NCBI RefSeq assembly: GCF_001194135.2
Contig: NC_068984.1
Coordinates: 913,946-977,945, forward strand
DNA: 64,000 nt
Source: Octopus bimaculoides
Lineage: Eukaryota
Direction: 5' to 3'
Notes under the pieces: model-generated
Database searches by the model: none
Seen by the model: only the letters and a program-made list of their open reading frames with translations
Told to the model about the DNA's origin: nothing
In this document: positions 1 to 11,871 of the stretch, piece after piece
How positions within the stretch are numbered: the first letter of the stretch is position 1
Layout of the letters: every line of letters starts with the position of its first letter
Translations under genes and position numbers: made by a program

Positions 1-123
1 ATATTATGTATGTATGTATGTATGTTTGTATGTATGTATGTATATAATCGTACTATCATTCATATAGAGGTGGCTCTTTTTCTGACTTATGATCAACCGA
101 TAACATATATATATGCGTATATG

Positions 124-192
<69 letters not shown>
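1..192. repeat. Compound microsatellite (TATG)n and (CA)n
   Basis: Directly visible tandem units; ORFs 4..192 and 10..237 are translations of it. Confidence 0.95.
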
Positions 193-193
<1 letters not shown>

Positions 194-340
194 AATTAAG
201 TCACAATATATGGCTCCAACTAATACGAACCATATAATATATAGTGCCGTATAAGAGGAATACCATAAGGAGGGTATAAAGTTTAAAATAACGAGAGAAA
301 CATGATAAAGTTTGATGGATTCCCGTTTAACATAGTATAA

Positions 341-531
341 ATACTCTGTTGTGTCTGGAAAGAGTTATTCTCGTTTAGTGCCTTATAATCTAACACACTC
401 ACCGGTAAAGTTTCCTCTCGTTTACTTATTTATTTTTCTAAACTTTTCGTTGCGTCTTGCAACTTACTGAAAAGATTGTTAAATTGTAAGGCACTAAAAG
501 AGAATGACTCTCCCCAGACACAACAGAATAT
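341..531. repeat. Two inverted copies of a dispersed repeat; a third copy lies at 24941-25065
   Basis: 341-394 is the approximate reverse complement of 478-531. The motif tactgaaaagattg...ctccccagacacaacagaat recurs at 24941-25065. Confidence 0.75.
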
Positions 532-737
532 GTTTCAACGCACGGACTCACATAAAGAATCGTGCAATCCAAATTCAAAAATGAAACTATTATGAATAAT
601 TATAAAATAAATTATCTATCATGTTTTAAGTTGCGAAACAATTGTGATATAAGATTTCCCAATGGTTAAATAAATTTTATTATACTATATTTTTCTCGTT
701 ATTCATAACTTTATATCATATTATATTATATATATGC

Positions 738-900
738 ATTGCTCAGTAGTTAGAACGTCAAGCGCACAATCGTGAGGTAGTGAGTTCGATTCTTGGACCA
801 GGGTGTGTGTTGTGTTCTTGAGCAAGATACTTTATTTCACGTTGCTCCAGTTACCTCAGCTGTAGAAATGCGTTGCGACGTCACGGACATGTGCCTCAGA
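738..900 (+). mobile_element. tRNA-derived SINE, family 1 (head plus CORE-like segment)
   Basis: A-box-like tgctcagtagttag, B-box-like gagttcgattc, then gttgtgttcttgagcaagatactttatttcacgttgctccagt, which is shared with the copy at 58545-58860. Confidence 0.8.
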
Positions 901-1344
901 AGGGAACTTTCTAGATGTAATCCATGGTCATTCCTGACCAGAGGGAGTTTTTTTACCCTTTTTAATCTTATCCAATATATATATATATATATATATANNN
1001 NNNNNNNNNNNNNNNNNNNNNNNNNNNNNNNNNNNNNNNNNNNNNNNNNNNNNNNNNNNNNNNNNNNNNNNNNNNNNNNNNNNNNNNNNNNNNNNNNNNN
1101 NNNNNNNNNNNNNNNNNNNNNNNNNNNNNNNNNNNNNNNNNNNNNNNNNNNNNNNNNNNNNNNNNNNNNNNNNNNNNNNNNNNNNNNNNNNNNNNNNNNN
1201 NNNNNNNNNNNNNNNNNNNNNNNNNNNNNNNNNNNNNNNNNNNNNNNNNNNNNNNNNNNNNNNNNNNNNNNNNNNNNNNNNNNNNNNNNNNNNNNNNNNN
1301 NNNNNNNNNNNNNNNNNNNNNNNNNNNNNNNNNNNNNNNNNNNN

Positions 1345-1377
<33 letters not shown>

Positions 1378-1387
1378 AAAACTTAGA

Positions 1388-2143
1388 TATGTTTCGACCA
1401 AAGATTGGTCCAGGCCTTATCTAACATAATAGCACCACTTGATAGGATTATCTACATCCTTTTTAAGTCAGGTATTGTTTATGGTCCATTCAAGTAGTGA
1501 GTTCTTTTTGAGTGAGTTGTATCCAGGTATGGGTGACTTATCTGGAATTCCTTGATGAAATCTGTTCAGACTCTATTTAAAGGTGATGGGATTCTTTTCC
1601 TCTTTAATCAGTTTTGGGACAATGTTAAACAGGGCAGGGCCTGTTGAGGAAAAAGAAATTATGTCGCATTGTACCTATATGTTGTCATCCTGAATTGGGC
1701 AGGGAACGTATGGCCCGTGGTCCCAGCCTTGGATGAACCTTGAAACTAATGTTCAGGTCGTTTGGACAATGCTGGTGGTATATTCTCCACATCGTACAAA
1801 TGATGTCCCGCTCGCGGCGGCGCTGGAGAGAGTAGAACTCCAAGGCTTTAATGCGGTCCCAGTAATGAAGATCAGTCATGCCTTCAATTCGTTTGGTGAG
1901 TGCCCTCGAGGTGATTCAATCCTCGAGATGTTTTGTTTTGTATGAGGAGACCACAAGGGGCAGCAGTATTCGAGGTATGGCCGTACAAAGGAGGAGAAAA
2001 GTGGAATGATGACACCTTGTTCTCTGGACCGGAAGGTTCTTAAGATCCAGGAGCTCATCTTACGAGCTATATTGACCTTATTGTTGTTGTGGGCACTCCA
2101 ACTGAGAGTGTTATCAATGTATGTTGTGATCCTGAATTGGGCA
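1388..2143 (-). mobile_element. CR1-like LINE, 5'-truncated 3' end (RT C-terminus pseudogene plus 3' UTR)
   Basis: Minus-strand ILRTFRSRE...FVRPYLEYCCPLWSPH...YSLQRRRER motifs (ORFs 1876..2058, 1685..1879). Homologous to the copy at 41040-41790. Confidence 0.85.
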
Positions 2144-2740
2144 TATATATNNNNNNNNNNNNNNNNNNNNNNNNNNNNNNNNNNNNNNNNNNNNNNNNNN
2201 NNNNNNNNNNNNNNNNNNNNNNNNNNNNNNNNNNNNNNNNNNNNNNNNNNNNNNNNNNNNNNNNNNNNNNNNNNNNNNNNNNNNNNNNNNNNNNNNNNNN
2301 NNNNNNNNNNNNNNNNNNNNNNNNNNNNNNNNNNNNNNNNNNNNNNNNNNNNNNNNNNNNNNNNNNNNNNNNNNNNNNNNNNNNNNNNNNNNNNNNNNNN
2401 NNNNNNNNNNNNNNNNNNNNNNNNNNNNNNNNNNNNNNNNNNNNNNNNNNNNNNNNNNNNNNNNNNNNNNNNNNNNNNNNNNNNNNNNNNNNNNNNNNNN
2501 NNNNNNNNNNNNNNNNNNNNNNNNNNNNNNNNNNNNNNNNNNNNNNNNNNNNNNNNNNNNNNNNNNNNNNNNNNNNNNNNNNNNNNNNNNNNNNNNNNNN
2601 NNNNNNNNNNNNNNNNNNNNNNNNNNNNNNNNNNNNNNNNNNNNNNNNNNNNNNNNNNNNNNNNNNNNNNNTATATATATATATATATATTTAATGTCCT
2701 GAGCCGTGATAGAAAAGAACTCCATCTGGTGAGAGATAAA

Positions 2741-3003
2741 TATTATTTATTTAAAAGTCAGAATATATGTATCAAAGTGCTACTAATATTTTGAGAAAAC
2801 TCAAACATATTCTCCTGACGCAAACCACATAACATAACGAACTAAAGAAATTGAATATTAGAATTTTTTCGCGTTTCTTCTTTCATTCCATTTCTCTAGT
2901 TCGTTATATGTGGTTTGCGCCTGAAGAATATGTTTGGGTTTTCTCGACAGATGGAACTATGAGTAGCGCTTTAATATATGTATTGTGATAAATAAATAAA
3001 TAT
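2741..3003. repeat. Imperfect long inverted repeat (MITE-like hairpin)
   Basis: gagaaaactcaaacatattctcctgacgcaaaccacata (from 2793) pairs with the segment ending at 2945. Outer arms ttatttattta...aaagtgctact and agtagcgcttt...taaataaataa also pair. Confidence 0.75.
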
Positions 3004-3057
3004 ATATATATATATATTTATTTATATGTATATGTATATATAAATGTGTGTGTGTAG

Positions 3058-3565
3058 AAAGCTAGGATTTGAGCAGACTGATAAATGGTATGAAGATGAA
3101 CCTAGTAAAGTACTAGAAATAAAGAAGTACAAGATGTTCTGGGACTTCGACATTCAGACTGTCAGAGTAATAGAAGCTAGAAGCCTGATTTAGTAGTAGC
3201 AGACAAGGAGAACAGAAAGTGCCTGATAATTGACTTTACAGCCCCAAATGATGAAAAAATCAATATGAGAGGTATATAGTAAATAACGAAATACCAGGAC
3301 GTAGCCATTGAATTACAGAAACTATGGAAAGTTCGGGTAGAAGGTATCCCAATAGTTATAGGTGCATTAGGAACTATTCCTAAAGATGTGAACAGATGGA
3401 TAGAGGAAATAGGCATAAAACCCAGTTTAGTACAACTCCAGGAAATAGTGTTATTAGGGGCATCTAGGATACTTAGGAGGGTTCTTAGAATGTAAGGTTA
3501 CTAGGAGTAGCCTGATGGTAGGAATTTTTTTCAAGAGTCTAATCTGTTGTGTGTATATAAAATAA
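3058..3565 (+). mobile_element. R4/Dong-like non-LTR retrotransposon 3' end (restriction-like endonuclease, degenerate)
   Basis: Translates across frameshifts as KMFWDFDIQT...PDLVVADKENRKCLIIDF...KYQDVAIELQKLWKV...PIVIGALGTIPK...RILRRVL, stop at 3493-3495. Confidence 0.85.
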
Positions 3566-4473
3566 TAATATTCAGAATTAGGGAAAATTGTTCTCTTGAG
3601 AACGAGTTATAACTTTAGAAAAATATAGCCAACCTAACAGTATTTGAGCCTCTTGTTATTGATAAGATATATCTTGTATAGAATATATCGGAAGTACGAT
3701 CGGGAATATAAATGTTGCCTTTACCATATTTGTTGAAAACTTTCATCTCAGCCACCCGAACAATGTACCAGTGCACCTAGAGAGATATAATGTTTCTTCA
3801 GACGATAGAAACCAATAAAAGACGAGGGTTTGAACATTAACATTCATGGACGGTATCGATATCGGAATGGAAATTTCATCCTTTTTTTTCTATTCAATAG
3901 AAGTCTTAAAAATCTATTCCAAAAGAAAAAAATATATATATTATTCTAGTAGCCTTATACATACCCTCGAGGGTGTTTTAGAATGAATTCAGAGATGTAT
4001 TGATCTTGTACGAAACTGCCTATTAAAAGCTCCTACCATCCACCCAATGACCGCGTTCATTCAAAAAAGAAAAAAAAAAGAAAAAATAGATGACACCTAA
4101 GCAATGATAAAAATATCTCCTGAGAGGTTTCAGAAACGTCAAGAAGATATGTTAATTGTATTTTTGACTGAATATATGATTAGCTAAATAATTATTAAAT
4201 AAATAGAGGGTTGCAATAGCCTGCAGTTATTTTACGTAGAGAGCTATTGATATAATCATTGATATTGAGGCGGTGAAAAGCGGAAGGTGATGGCGAAAGC
4301 AGAGTAGATAAACAAATGCGTGAGATAGTTTGATAGAGAGCTTTGGGAGGAGGTCTCCTGCTCGACTTTGTATCGATTTCATCATTGTGGCGATAGAATT
4401 GGTTAAAACAAGGTTGCAGCGTAAATAGAACATTCTTGATTACATATAGCACATGTATATTTGTATGCATGCT

Positions 4474-4557
<84 letters not shown>

Positions 4558-4586
4558 TATATGTATGTATGCATGTATGTATGTAT

Positions 4587-4602
4587 TTGATGATGATAGT
4601 AG

Positions 4603-4637
<35 letters not shown>

Positions 4638-5050
4638 CTCCACCGCCACAGATGATTGCCATCACTTTTTGCTTCCGCGTTGTCAGTGGTATTTCTGACA
4701 TTCCTTTCATGACCTCTCGAATGAATATTCAGTCTTGCTGCAGATCTCCATGACTATGAGCTTCCATCTAGTTAAGTCCATGCATGTCGCCAATCTTCCA
4801 CGGCTTCAGGATTTGCAGTTGATAACAGTTATCGCCAAGCCAAACATGGCAGTCCAAAAAAATAGGACGAATGCTCCAAGAGGCCATCGCCTCTAGCTAG
4901 CTATGTGACAGACGAACCTGTGTCCATTATAACCTTCGAACAGGGGAGGTCAGCCGCTTCCCTTTGCTGGTCTGGCATCTACAGACTAGTTTCAAGGTGT
5001 TTGCCCCTTATCAATGTAGAGCAGCCGAACCCCAGATCCAAAAACCATTA
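4587..5050 (-). mobile_element. Possible RTE-like LINE 3' end with (CAT)n tail
   Basis: Weak similarity (WRHAWT..SWRSAAR) to RTE C-termini and a trinucleotide tail; heavily decayed. Confidence 0.3.
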
Positions 5051-5127
5051 AATTGATCAATTAAATGGAGCCGCTTGAAACGGCCGTAATGTTTGGACAC
5101 CTGTACATCCTTGTTACTTATTTGCAT

Positions 5128-5163
<36 letters not shown>

Positions 5164-5174
5164 CATGTATATAT

Positions 5175-5366
5175 TTGTGTGTCTGTGTTTGTCCTCCCCA
5201 CCACCATCGCTTGACGAGCCAAAGTTGGTGTGATTACGTCCCCGTATCTTAGCGTCGGCAAATAGACCGATAGAATAAATACTAGGCTGACAGAGAATAA
5301 GTTTTGGGGCCCATTTGTTCGACTAAAGGCGGTGCTCCAGCGTGGCCGCGGTCAAATGACTGAAAG
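5175..5366 (+). mobile_element. SINE family 2, 3' part
   Basis: catcgcttgac...tacgtccccgta.cttagc...gaccgatagaataa...tccagc.tggcc..gtcaaatgactgaaa is shared with 16820-17130, 30490-30680 and 62995-63301 (reverse). Confidence 0.85.
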
Positions 5367-5756
5367 GATTGTGATGATGATCGGGATAATGATGAAAATG
5401 GCGGCGATGATAACCACCACCACCACCACCACCACCATCACAACAACAAAAAGAGGTACTGCACTGATGATAAGATGTTATTGATAACACGATGGCTGTA
5501 TTGATGCTAGTGATGATGACGATGACAATGGCAACGACGATTCTGCGAACTGCGATGAAGGAGGAAGGAACTAAAATGGTTGTTGAGGAAAAATTCAATA
5601 ATTGTTTACAAAAAATAAATGAATGTTTCGAGGAGTGTCCGAAGAGAAGGAGGGGAGAAGAAGGAAGAGAGGGTGACATAACAAGCAAAACAGAAATATA
5701 TAAACAAAGCAAGCAAACAAACAAACAAATAATGAATTTATCTCCATTAGCAGACA

Positions 5757-5902
5757 TTGACAGCAGGAGTCAACCGTCAGATGAGTGAAGACTTTCGTTA
5801 TTCTCAGAGGGCGTAGAAGATAGTTAAATATTTTTATAAGGAAAACGATTTAAGAAACGTGCATGATAAATTTGGTTATTAATATACAATATATATATGT
5901 AA

Positions 5903-5933
<31 letters not shown>

Positions 5934-6080
5934 TTTACATATATATATTGTATATTAATAACCAAATTTATCATGCACGTTTCTTAAATCGTTTTCCTTA
6001 TAAAAATATTTAACTATCTTCTACGCCCTCTGAGAATAACGAAAGTCTTCACTCATCTGACGGTTGACTCCTGCTGTCAA
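5757..6080. repeat. 324-bp near-perfect palindrome centred on an (AT)n tract
   Basis: Position p pairs with 11837-p. In the positions I checked the only mismatch is g5915/t5922 inside the AT centre. Confidence 0.95.
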
Positions 6081-7806
6081 CTTTCTTTATCTACCAGTCT
6101 CCCCATCGCGTCGTCCACTCAGTCGCCAAAGGAGAAATTTTTCTGATGATTCCAACGTATCCCAACTCGAGAAGATGGTCAGTCTTAACGGTTTCCTTTT
6201 CTTCGCCTTCAAACACTGAGCCTCACACTTAAGCCCCATCCTCAGACCTCTTTCCCCTTCTTTCTTATTTTGGGGATGTACCGCAAACTGTGGAATCATG
6301 TAATGAGGAACCCATTCTTAAAAAGAAAATCTCCCTTAACCTTTTGTCGCCCATGTCACCTTTACTTCCGGTATCTGAAAGGAGATGAAAACAGTTGTAA
6401 ACAATCACCTCCTCTATAACCATTGCCCCTGCCCACTCTTTATCCCTGCCATTAGTGCTTTTCTTCCTCCCTCTCCCTCTCTCTCTCTCTCTTTCTCTTT
6501 CTCCATTCTCTTCTCAGTGACTATCATCATGAACCTGTCTTTCTCGTCAGTAGTCACCGTCTCGGATACATTCAGTCAGATCGACCCGAGATGAGTCAGT
6601 CATCGTAATCAATAGCTTTTCTTCAAAACAGTATAGGTTTCACTTGTGCCTGGAAAGACACGACCCTCCCTAAATGGCCTAATATAACATCTATTTGATG
6701 TTCAACTTTGATGTGGATTTTTTGGTCAGATTATTTCATTACAAAGTGCGAAGAAGCAGGAGTAGCCGACTCACACACATTCACATTTGGCTTCCCTGTG
6801 CTTTGGTTATACCTCTCATGGCCTTCCATACAATAGTGACTTCCTGGCTGTTACTTAAAACCACACCACATTCCTATATCGATTATCATACTACTATTCG
6901 TGTCTTTTTAACCCTCCACACTCCAGTGTCATGCCAGAGATCGTGTCAGAGACTTTATTTATTCTGAAAACAACGTCCTGTGAAAACATTAACCTTTGAC
7001 ATCTCCTCCAACGCTGTCATGTGACACTGACTATTGCACATCATTGGAATAGTCTTACCGTACAGTAATTTATCTTGTTGAACCCCAATGATAGAGAAGG
7101 GGACAACGGAAGCAGGGCCACGACGGAACTTCTCCTGGACCAATTAGAAGATACCACTGTCTGCATTTTATACCACTCTTGCGAGATGTTTAGCTTACAC
7201 ACAAGTGGCATGACGCAGTAAATAAGTGTCCCTTTTATATGAGGACCAAGTTGTAGGTTGCAGGTAGGAAACAGCTTGGATCGAGAGTATCGAGAGTTCA
7301 CAGATTCAGGAGAAAATATCACAAGAAATTGAGTTGAGAAAACACGCCAAGGTAACCTTGAGAAGAGGAGAATTAATAAAAATAGCAATATCATTTTCGA
7401 TAAAAAATAGAGATAAGAGAATTAAACTAAAGATAGACTTAAAATTGCAGTAAATGCTAAAATTAAGTTAAAAAGTATGAATATTCTATCTGCTTCAGTA
7501 ATAAGTTACAACTACAAGTTAAGTGAATTAGTAAAACTGAATGTATAAACAAGAGAAAAAATTACTATATTCAGAATACATTATCAAAAAAAAAAAAATT
7601 TTATTACGAAAACAAGGTAGAATGATGTTTACTAGTATTAATGATGATGATGGTGATGATGATAACTATTATAAAATATCTTCTGTAAGACGACAAAAAT
7701 ATCTAGTGAGCAATAAATGGTAAACTGATACGAATAGTTAGGAAAAATGAATAAAACAAAACTATTTTATGTCTTGAAGGAAGCCAAAGAATAATAAAAG
7801 GAAACG

Positions 7807-7977
7807 GAAGAAGAAGAAGAAGAAGAAGAAGAAGAAGAAGAAGAAGAAGAAGAAGAAGAAGAAGAAGAAGAAGAAGAAGAAGAAGAAGAAGAAGAAGAAG
7901 AAGAAGAAGAAGAAGAAGAAGAAGAAGAAGAAGAAGAAGAAGAAGAAGAAGAAGAAGAAGAAGAAGAAGAAGAAGAA
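7807..7977 (+). repeat. Pure (GAA)n microsatellite, about 57 units
   Basis: Direct read. Confidence 0.97.
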
Positions 7978-8250
7978 ACGGGACAAAACGATAAAAAGAA
8001 AAACCTTGAAAACTAAATGATTACATCAAAAAAACGTGACGAGCAAATAAGTACAAAAAGCGCTCCACATGACCAATTTCACGCATCCAGTTGCTAACAC
8101 GGCTCAGAAGAGAGTTCTTGTTGAAATTCTCGGAACTGGAACAGATTCATTTCTTATAAATTTGGATGAAAATGTTCACACCAGAATTAAACTGTAAAAG
8201 GTTTCCATAAGGAACTTCCCGACATCCAAAGAAAAAAACAGATTCTTTGT

Positions 8251-8286
<36 letters not shown>

Positions 8287-8683
8287 TGTCTATCAGCATG
8301 TTGCATTCCCTGCTGTTTATATCTTCCTCCGACTGTACAACATTGTTATTATCCTTTTTCATTTTACCCTGTTTTCCACTTCATCCATTATTATCATGTG
8401 ACTCTTTCTAACAACCATGGAGTCTGACATGAGTTATTTTATCTCAAAATGTTATTGTATCTCTCATTCTAGATTTGCTTCTTTTACAGACGAGATAAGT
8501 TTTCGGTTCAGAATTTGTAGTTTGTGCGCTCTTTTTTGCCTTTCTCATTCTCTACAGCGCTTTGTCAGAGTTCACAGTTTTTGCCGACATTGGCAGCTTC
8601 TATTGAACATTTGGGTCTCTTTGTAGCATCTAAACTGATTATTTATTGTCTTGAAATTGTAGGACGGCCGCAGTTCTCTTGAC

Positions 8684-8745
8684 AGCCATACTATACTTGA
8701 CAGCCATACTATATTCTCTTGACAGCCATACTATTTCTGACAGCC
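8684..8745 (+). repeat. Short tandem repeat, unit about cttgacagccatactata, 3-4 copies
   Basis: Direct read. Confidence 0.8.
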
Positions 8746-9384
8746 CAAATAGTGCATGGTTCATGGAAAAGTAATTTTTCTACCACTCAAATAGTAGTGG
8801 CACTTTTCCCCAATTTCTCATCGTTGTAAAGAGGTGTTAGGTCCTTAAATGAGAAGACAAACTAATTATTCATGGAGCTTTTCCAATCTCCCTCTCGCCT
8901 GAATCCAACTTGAAAAGAAGACGAGATAATCAAAATAAATACATAACAAATCAGTCTATAGTAACTTCTAATCAGAAATACTAAGTCGACGTGAAAACTA
9001 TTCTACAAAAATGTTTTTATTTTTTTGAAATAAATATTCATAACATCACAAATAAACTGATACATAGATATATCTGAATAAATATTAAACTAAACTTATA
9101 TTAATTCTAAACTAAACAATGCCTGTCTCATATTTACTAAATAATATATAGAATTAACGCACTTCAACTAACCCTGTATTTTCTTCAGTATTAACACAAT
9201 GCCATTTTTACACCTACCTCGGTCTTCTCAGCCATTGACTTTGCTATGAAGCCATACAACTGCTCCAATTCCTCCTTCCTATTATTCATTTCTTTTTTTC
9301 TCGATTCCTACTTCCCAATTTCCAATTTCCATGGCATATAAATGATCGAGATCACAACACTCCTCTTGAACGGGACCCCGATCT

Positions 9385-9515
9385 GTGGCAGGATTCAAGG
9401 GATGGGTGGGCAAGTCAATTACATCGACCCCATTTCTGACTGGTACTTTATTTTATCGAGCCCGAAGGGATGAAAAGCAAAGCTGACCTCGTTGCGATTT
9501 CAGATCAGAATGTAA
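9385..9515 (-). mobile_element. SINE family 3, degenerate copy
   Basis: tacatcgacccca...ctggtactttattttatcga.cccgaagggatgaaaagcaaag matches 57581-57791. Confidence 0.75.
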
Positions 9516-10354
9516 AAAGTGAAGGGTCAAACCCTTTTATTATTTACCGTTAGATTGGCAAACTTATTCATACAAAATGCCTTACCGTCTCACTTTACGC
9601 TCTCTGTTCAACACCTGCTTTATTTTATCGACCTCTTCCTGGGCCGATAGAATAAGGTGCCACCAGTGAGATTTAATCCCCCATCCATCTTCCTCCGCAC
9701 AAAACATTCAGGCCTCCGTGCTTCTGGGAGACATTTTCTTTTTATTCCACCTGCTGTTAAAACTAATAACCACTGTTGTTATTGTTGCTGTTGTGATTGT
9801 TGTCCAGCCTCTGGTTAGTACTGCTTTCTCTAAACAGCAATTGCGGCCATCTTGGATTTCGTTTAGATGTTTCTCTGTAGAACTGCATTATGTAATACAG
9901 GAAGTGATTTGAAGTAAATTTGACTGCTACTTCTTGCAGGATGATGACCACACACAAGCTGCCCCATTGGCACACTTAGGGCTCAGACCAGATATATTAT
10001 CATCATTGTCCGTTGGTGATATTTTTCTGCTATGTTCTACGTTGTACTCTGTGGCTGTTGTTACAGCTACGTCTCTCATATGTCTAAATACTCATCAGAC
10101 GACAGCTAATACGGTGGACGCTTATATCCCCCACTTTCACCACCGAAGTAGCTAAGTTGCAAAACATTAGTCTCCATTTCACAAATATAGTAAAAAACAG
10201 TCTTCTTGTAATTAAGAGAAAAGTACATAGAAATAATTATGCAGACAGACAGATAGCAAAAAATGGATGTATAGTACTCAATGCCAGAAGTGGAAATAAC
10301 CTTTTTTTTTTGTTTTTTGAATCCTCAGAAATAACAAGGAAACTTATATATATA

Positions 10355-10399
<45 letters not shown>

Positions 10400-10698
10400 G
10401 TGTGTGCGTGTATATANNNNNNNNNNNNNNNNNNNNNNNNNNNNNNNNNNNNNNNNNNNNNNNNNNNNNNNNNNNNNNNNNNNNNNNNNNNNNNNNNNNN
10501 NNNNNNNNNNNNNNNNNNNNNNNNNNNNNNNNNNNNNNNNNNNNNNNNNNNNNNNNNNNNNNNNNNNNNNNNNNNNNNNNNNNNNNNNNNNNNNNNNNNN
10601 NNNNNNNNNNNNNNNNNNNNNNNNNNNNNNNNNNNNNNNNNNNNNNNNNNNNNNNNNNNNNNNNNNNNNNNNNNNNNNNNNNNNNNNNNNNNNNNNNN

Positions 10699-10763
<65 letters not shown>

Positions 10764-10799
10764 AACTTCACTTTCCTGTCTATAAATAACAGATGCACT

Positions 10800-11500
10800 T
10801 TCTTCTCTTCCTATATATAACAATGGAACTTCATATAAAAAGCATTTCACCTTGCTGTCTCTTCCCCGATTTATTAACAACCAAACATTTCTTTATAAAT
10901 GTAATTGATGTCATAGAGAAATACATCAACCGAGAAAAGCAGACAGGGTTATCTTCTAAGTCCATCGGAAAACAGAAACAATTCAACAAACGATTTGGGC
11001 ATAAATCCAAAACAGTTTAGGCGAGAGGTTGTGTAATCGAAGGAATCCACCTCACTGCTTCATTCATATCTGATAAATTAGCCACGCTCCGCTGGAGGGC
11101 ACAATCATTCCAGTAAGATTTTATAATCACAATTTTAAAGGACATATTTAAAGTTATCGTTGTTCTAGTCGTTCACTAATTCTCTAAAGAGTGTAAGGTT
11201 TAAAACCCCACTAACCGGACTGTCCATTCGTTGGGTCAGTGGGGGCACCTAACGACCTTTTAAATGTTGTGCAGCCATTCTTGGTCAACTCCCGACCCAA
11301 AGATTATCTCTGTCAATGACACAAACTGAAGGAAATGGGCTTTGAATGAAAAAATTCAATAACCACATTCCTTCGAGCGACCTTGGCAGAAGCCGTATTA
11401 GCTCACGTATAACTAGCAGCATGAAGATTCTCTTATATTGAATGCCGAGATCTTTGATAATTGGATGCATACCCCGAAACACCTGTTTTTTCCCCCTAAA
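10800..11500 (-). mobile_element. Possible very old L1/Tx1-like RT remnant
   Basis: Scattered minus-strand motifs HPIIKDL, LLPRSLEG, NCDYKIL and GFMPK lie in the order expected for an L1-type RT N-terminus; many stops. Confidence 0.4.
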
Positions 11501-11787
11501 AGACTAAAAGAATATTCCCTTAATTTGATAAGGAATAGTCTAGACAAAGTATGGTTTTCAAGTGGTGAAGTAGTATATACAATGATCATCGCTGTCCGGT
11601 TTTTCAAATTGTTTCATTTTATTACACCGTCTCGGTTCTTTCACACTTCACCGAACCAAATTCCAAGCGATATCGTCGCTCCTTCTAAACGTAAACACAC
11701 GGATTACTTCTCGGTTATATTGTCTGTTATTTACACATCACTGTTGTCTTAAATATCCCATTTAAATTTTCTCTTCTCAGTTCTTTA

Positions 11788-11871
11788 ATGTACTCAAACA
11801 TATGTACTCAAACATATGTACTCAAACATATGTACTCAAACATATGTACTCAAACATATGTACTCAAACAT
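11788..11871 (+). repeat. Minisatellite, 6 perfect copies of the 14-mer atgtactcaaacat
   Basis: Direct read. Confidence 0.95.

Noticed and set aside
738-800. tRNA genes at A-box/B-box motifs (also 13160, 57700-57790, 58545, 63230-63300)
   Set aside because: No complete cloverleaf; each continues into a repeated SINE body.
5398-5450. ATGGCGGCGATG start-like motif (also at 60706) as a first coding exon
   Set aside because: The frame is low-complexity and short. A shared 12-mer is expected by chance in 64 kb, and phase compatibility with the 6098 candidate exon is not evidence by itself.
11788-11871. Repeat arrays (also 32477-32750, 33969-34026) as CRISPR-like loci
   Set aside because: No unique spacers of regular length, no cas genes, eukaryotic context.
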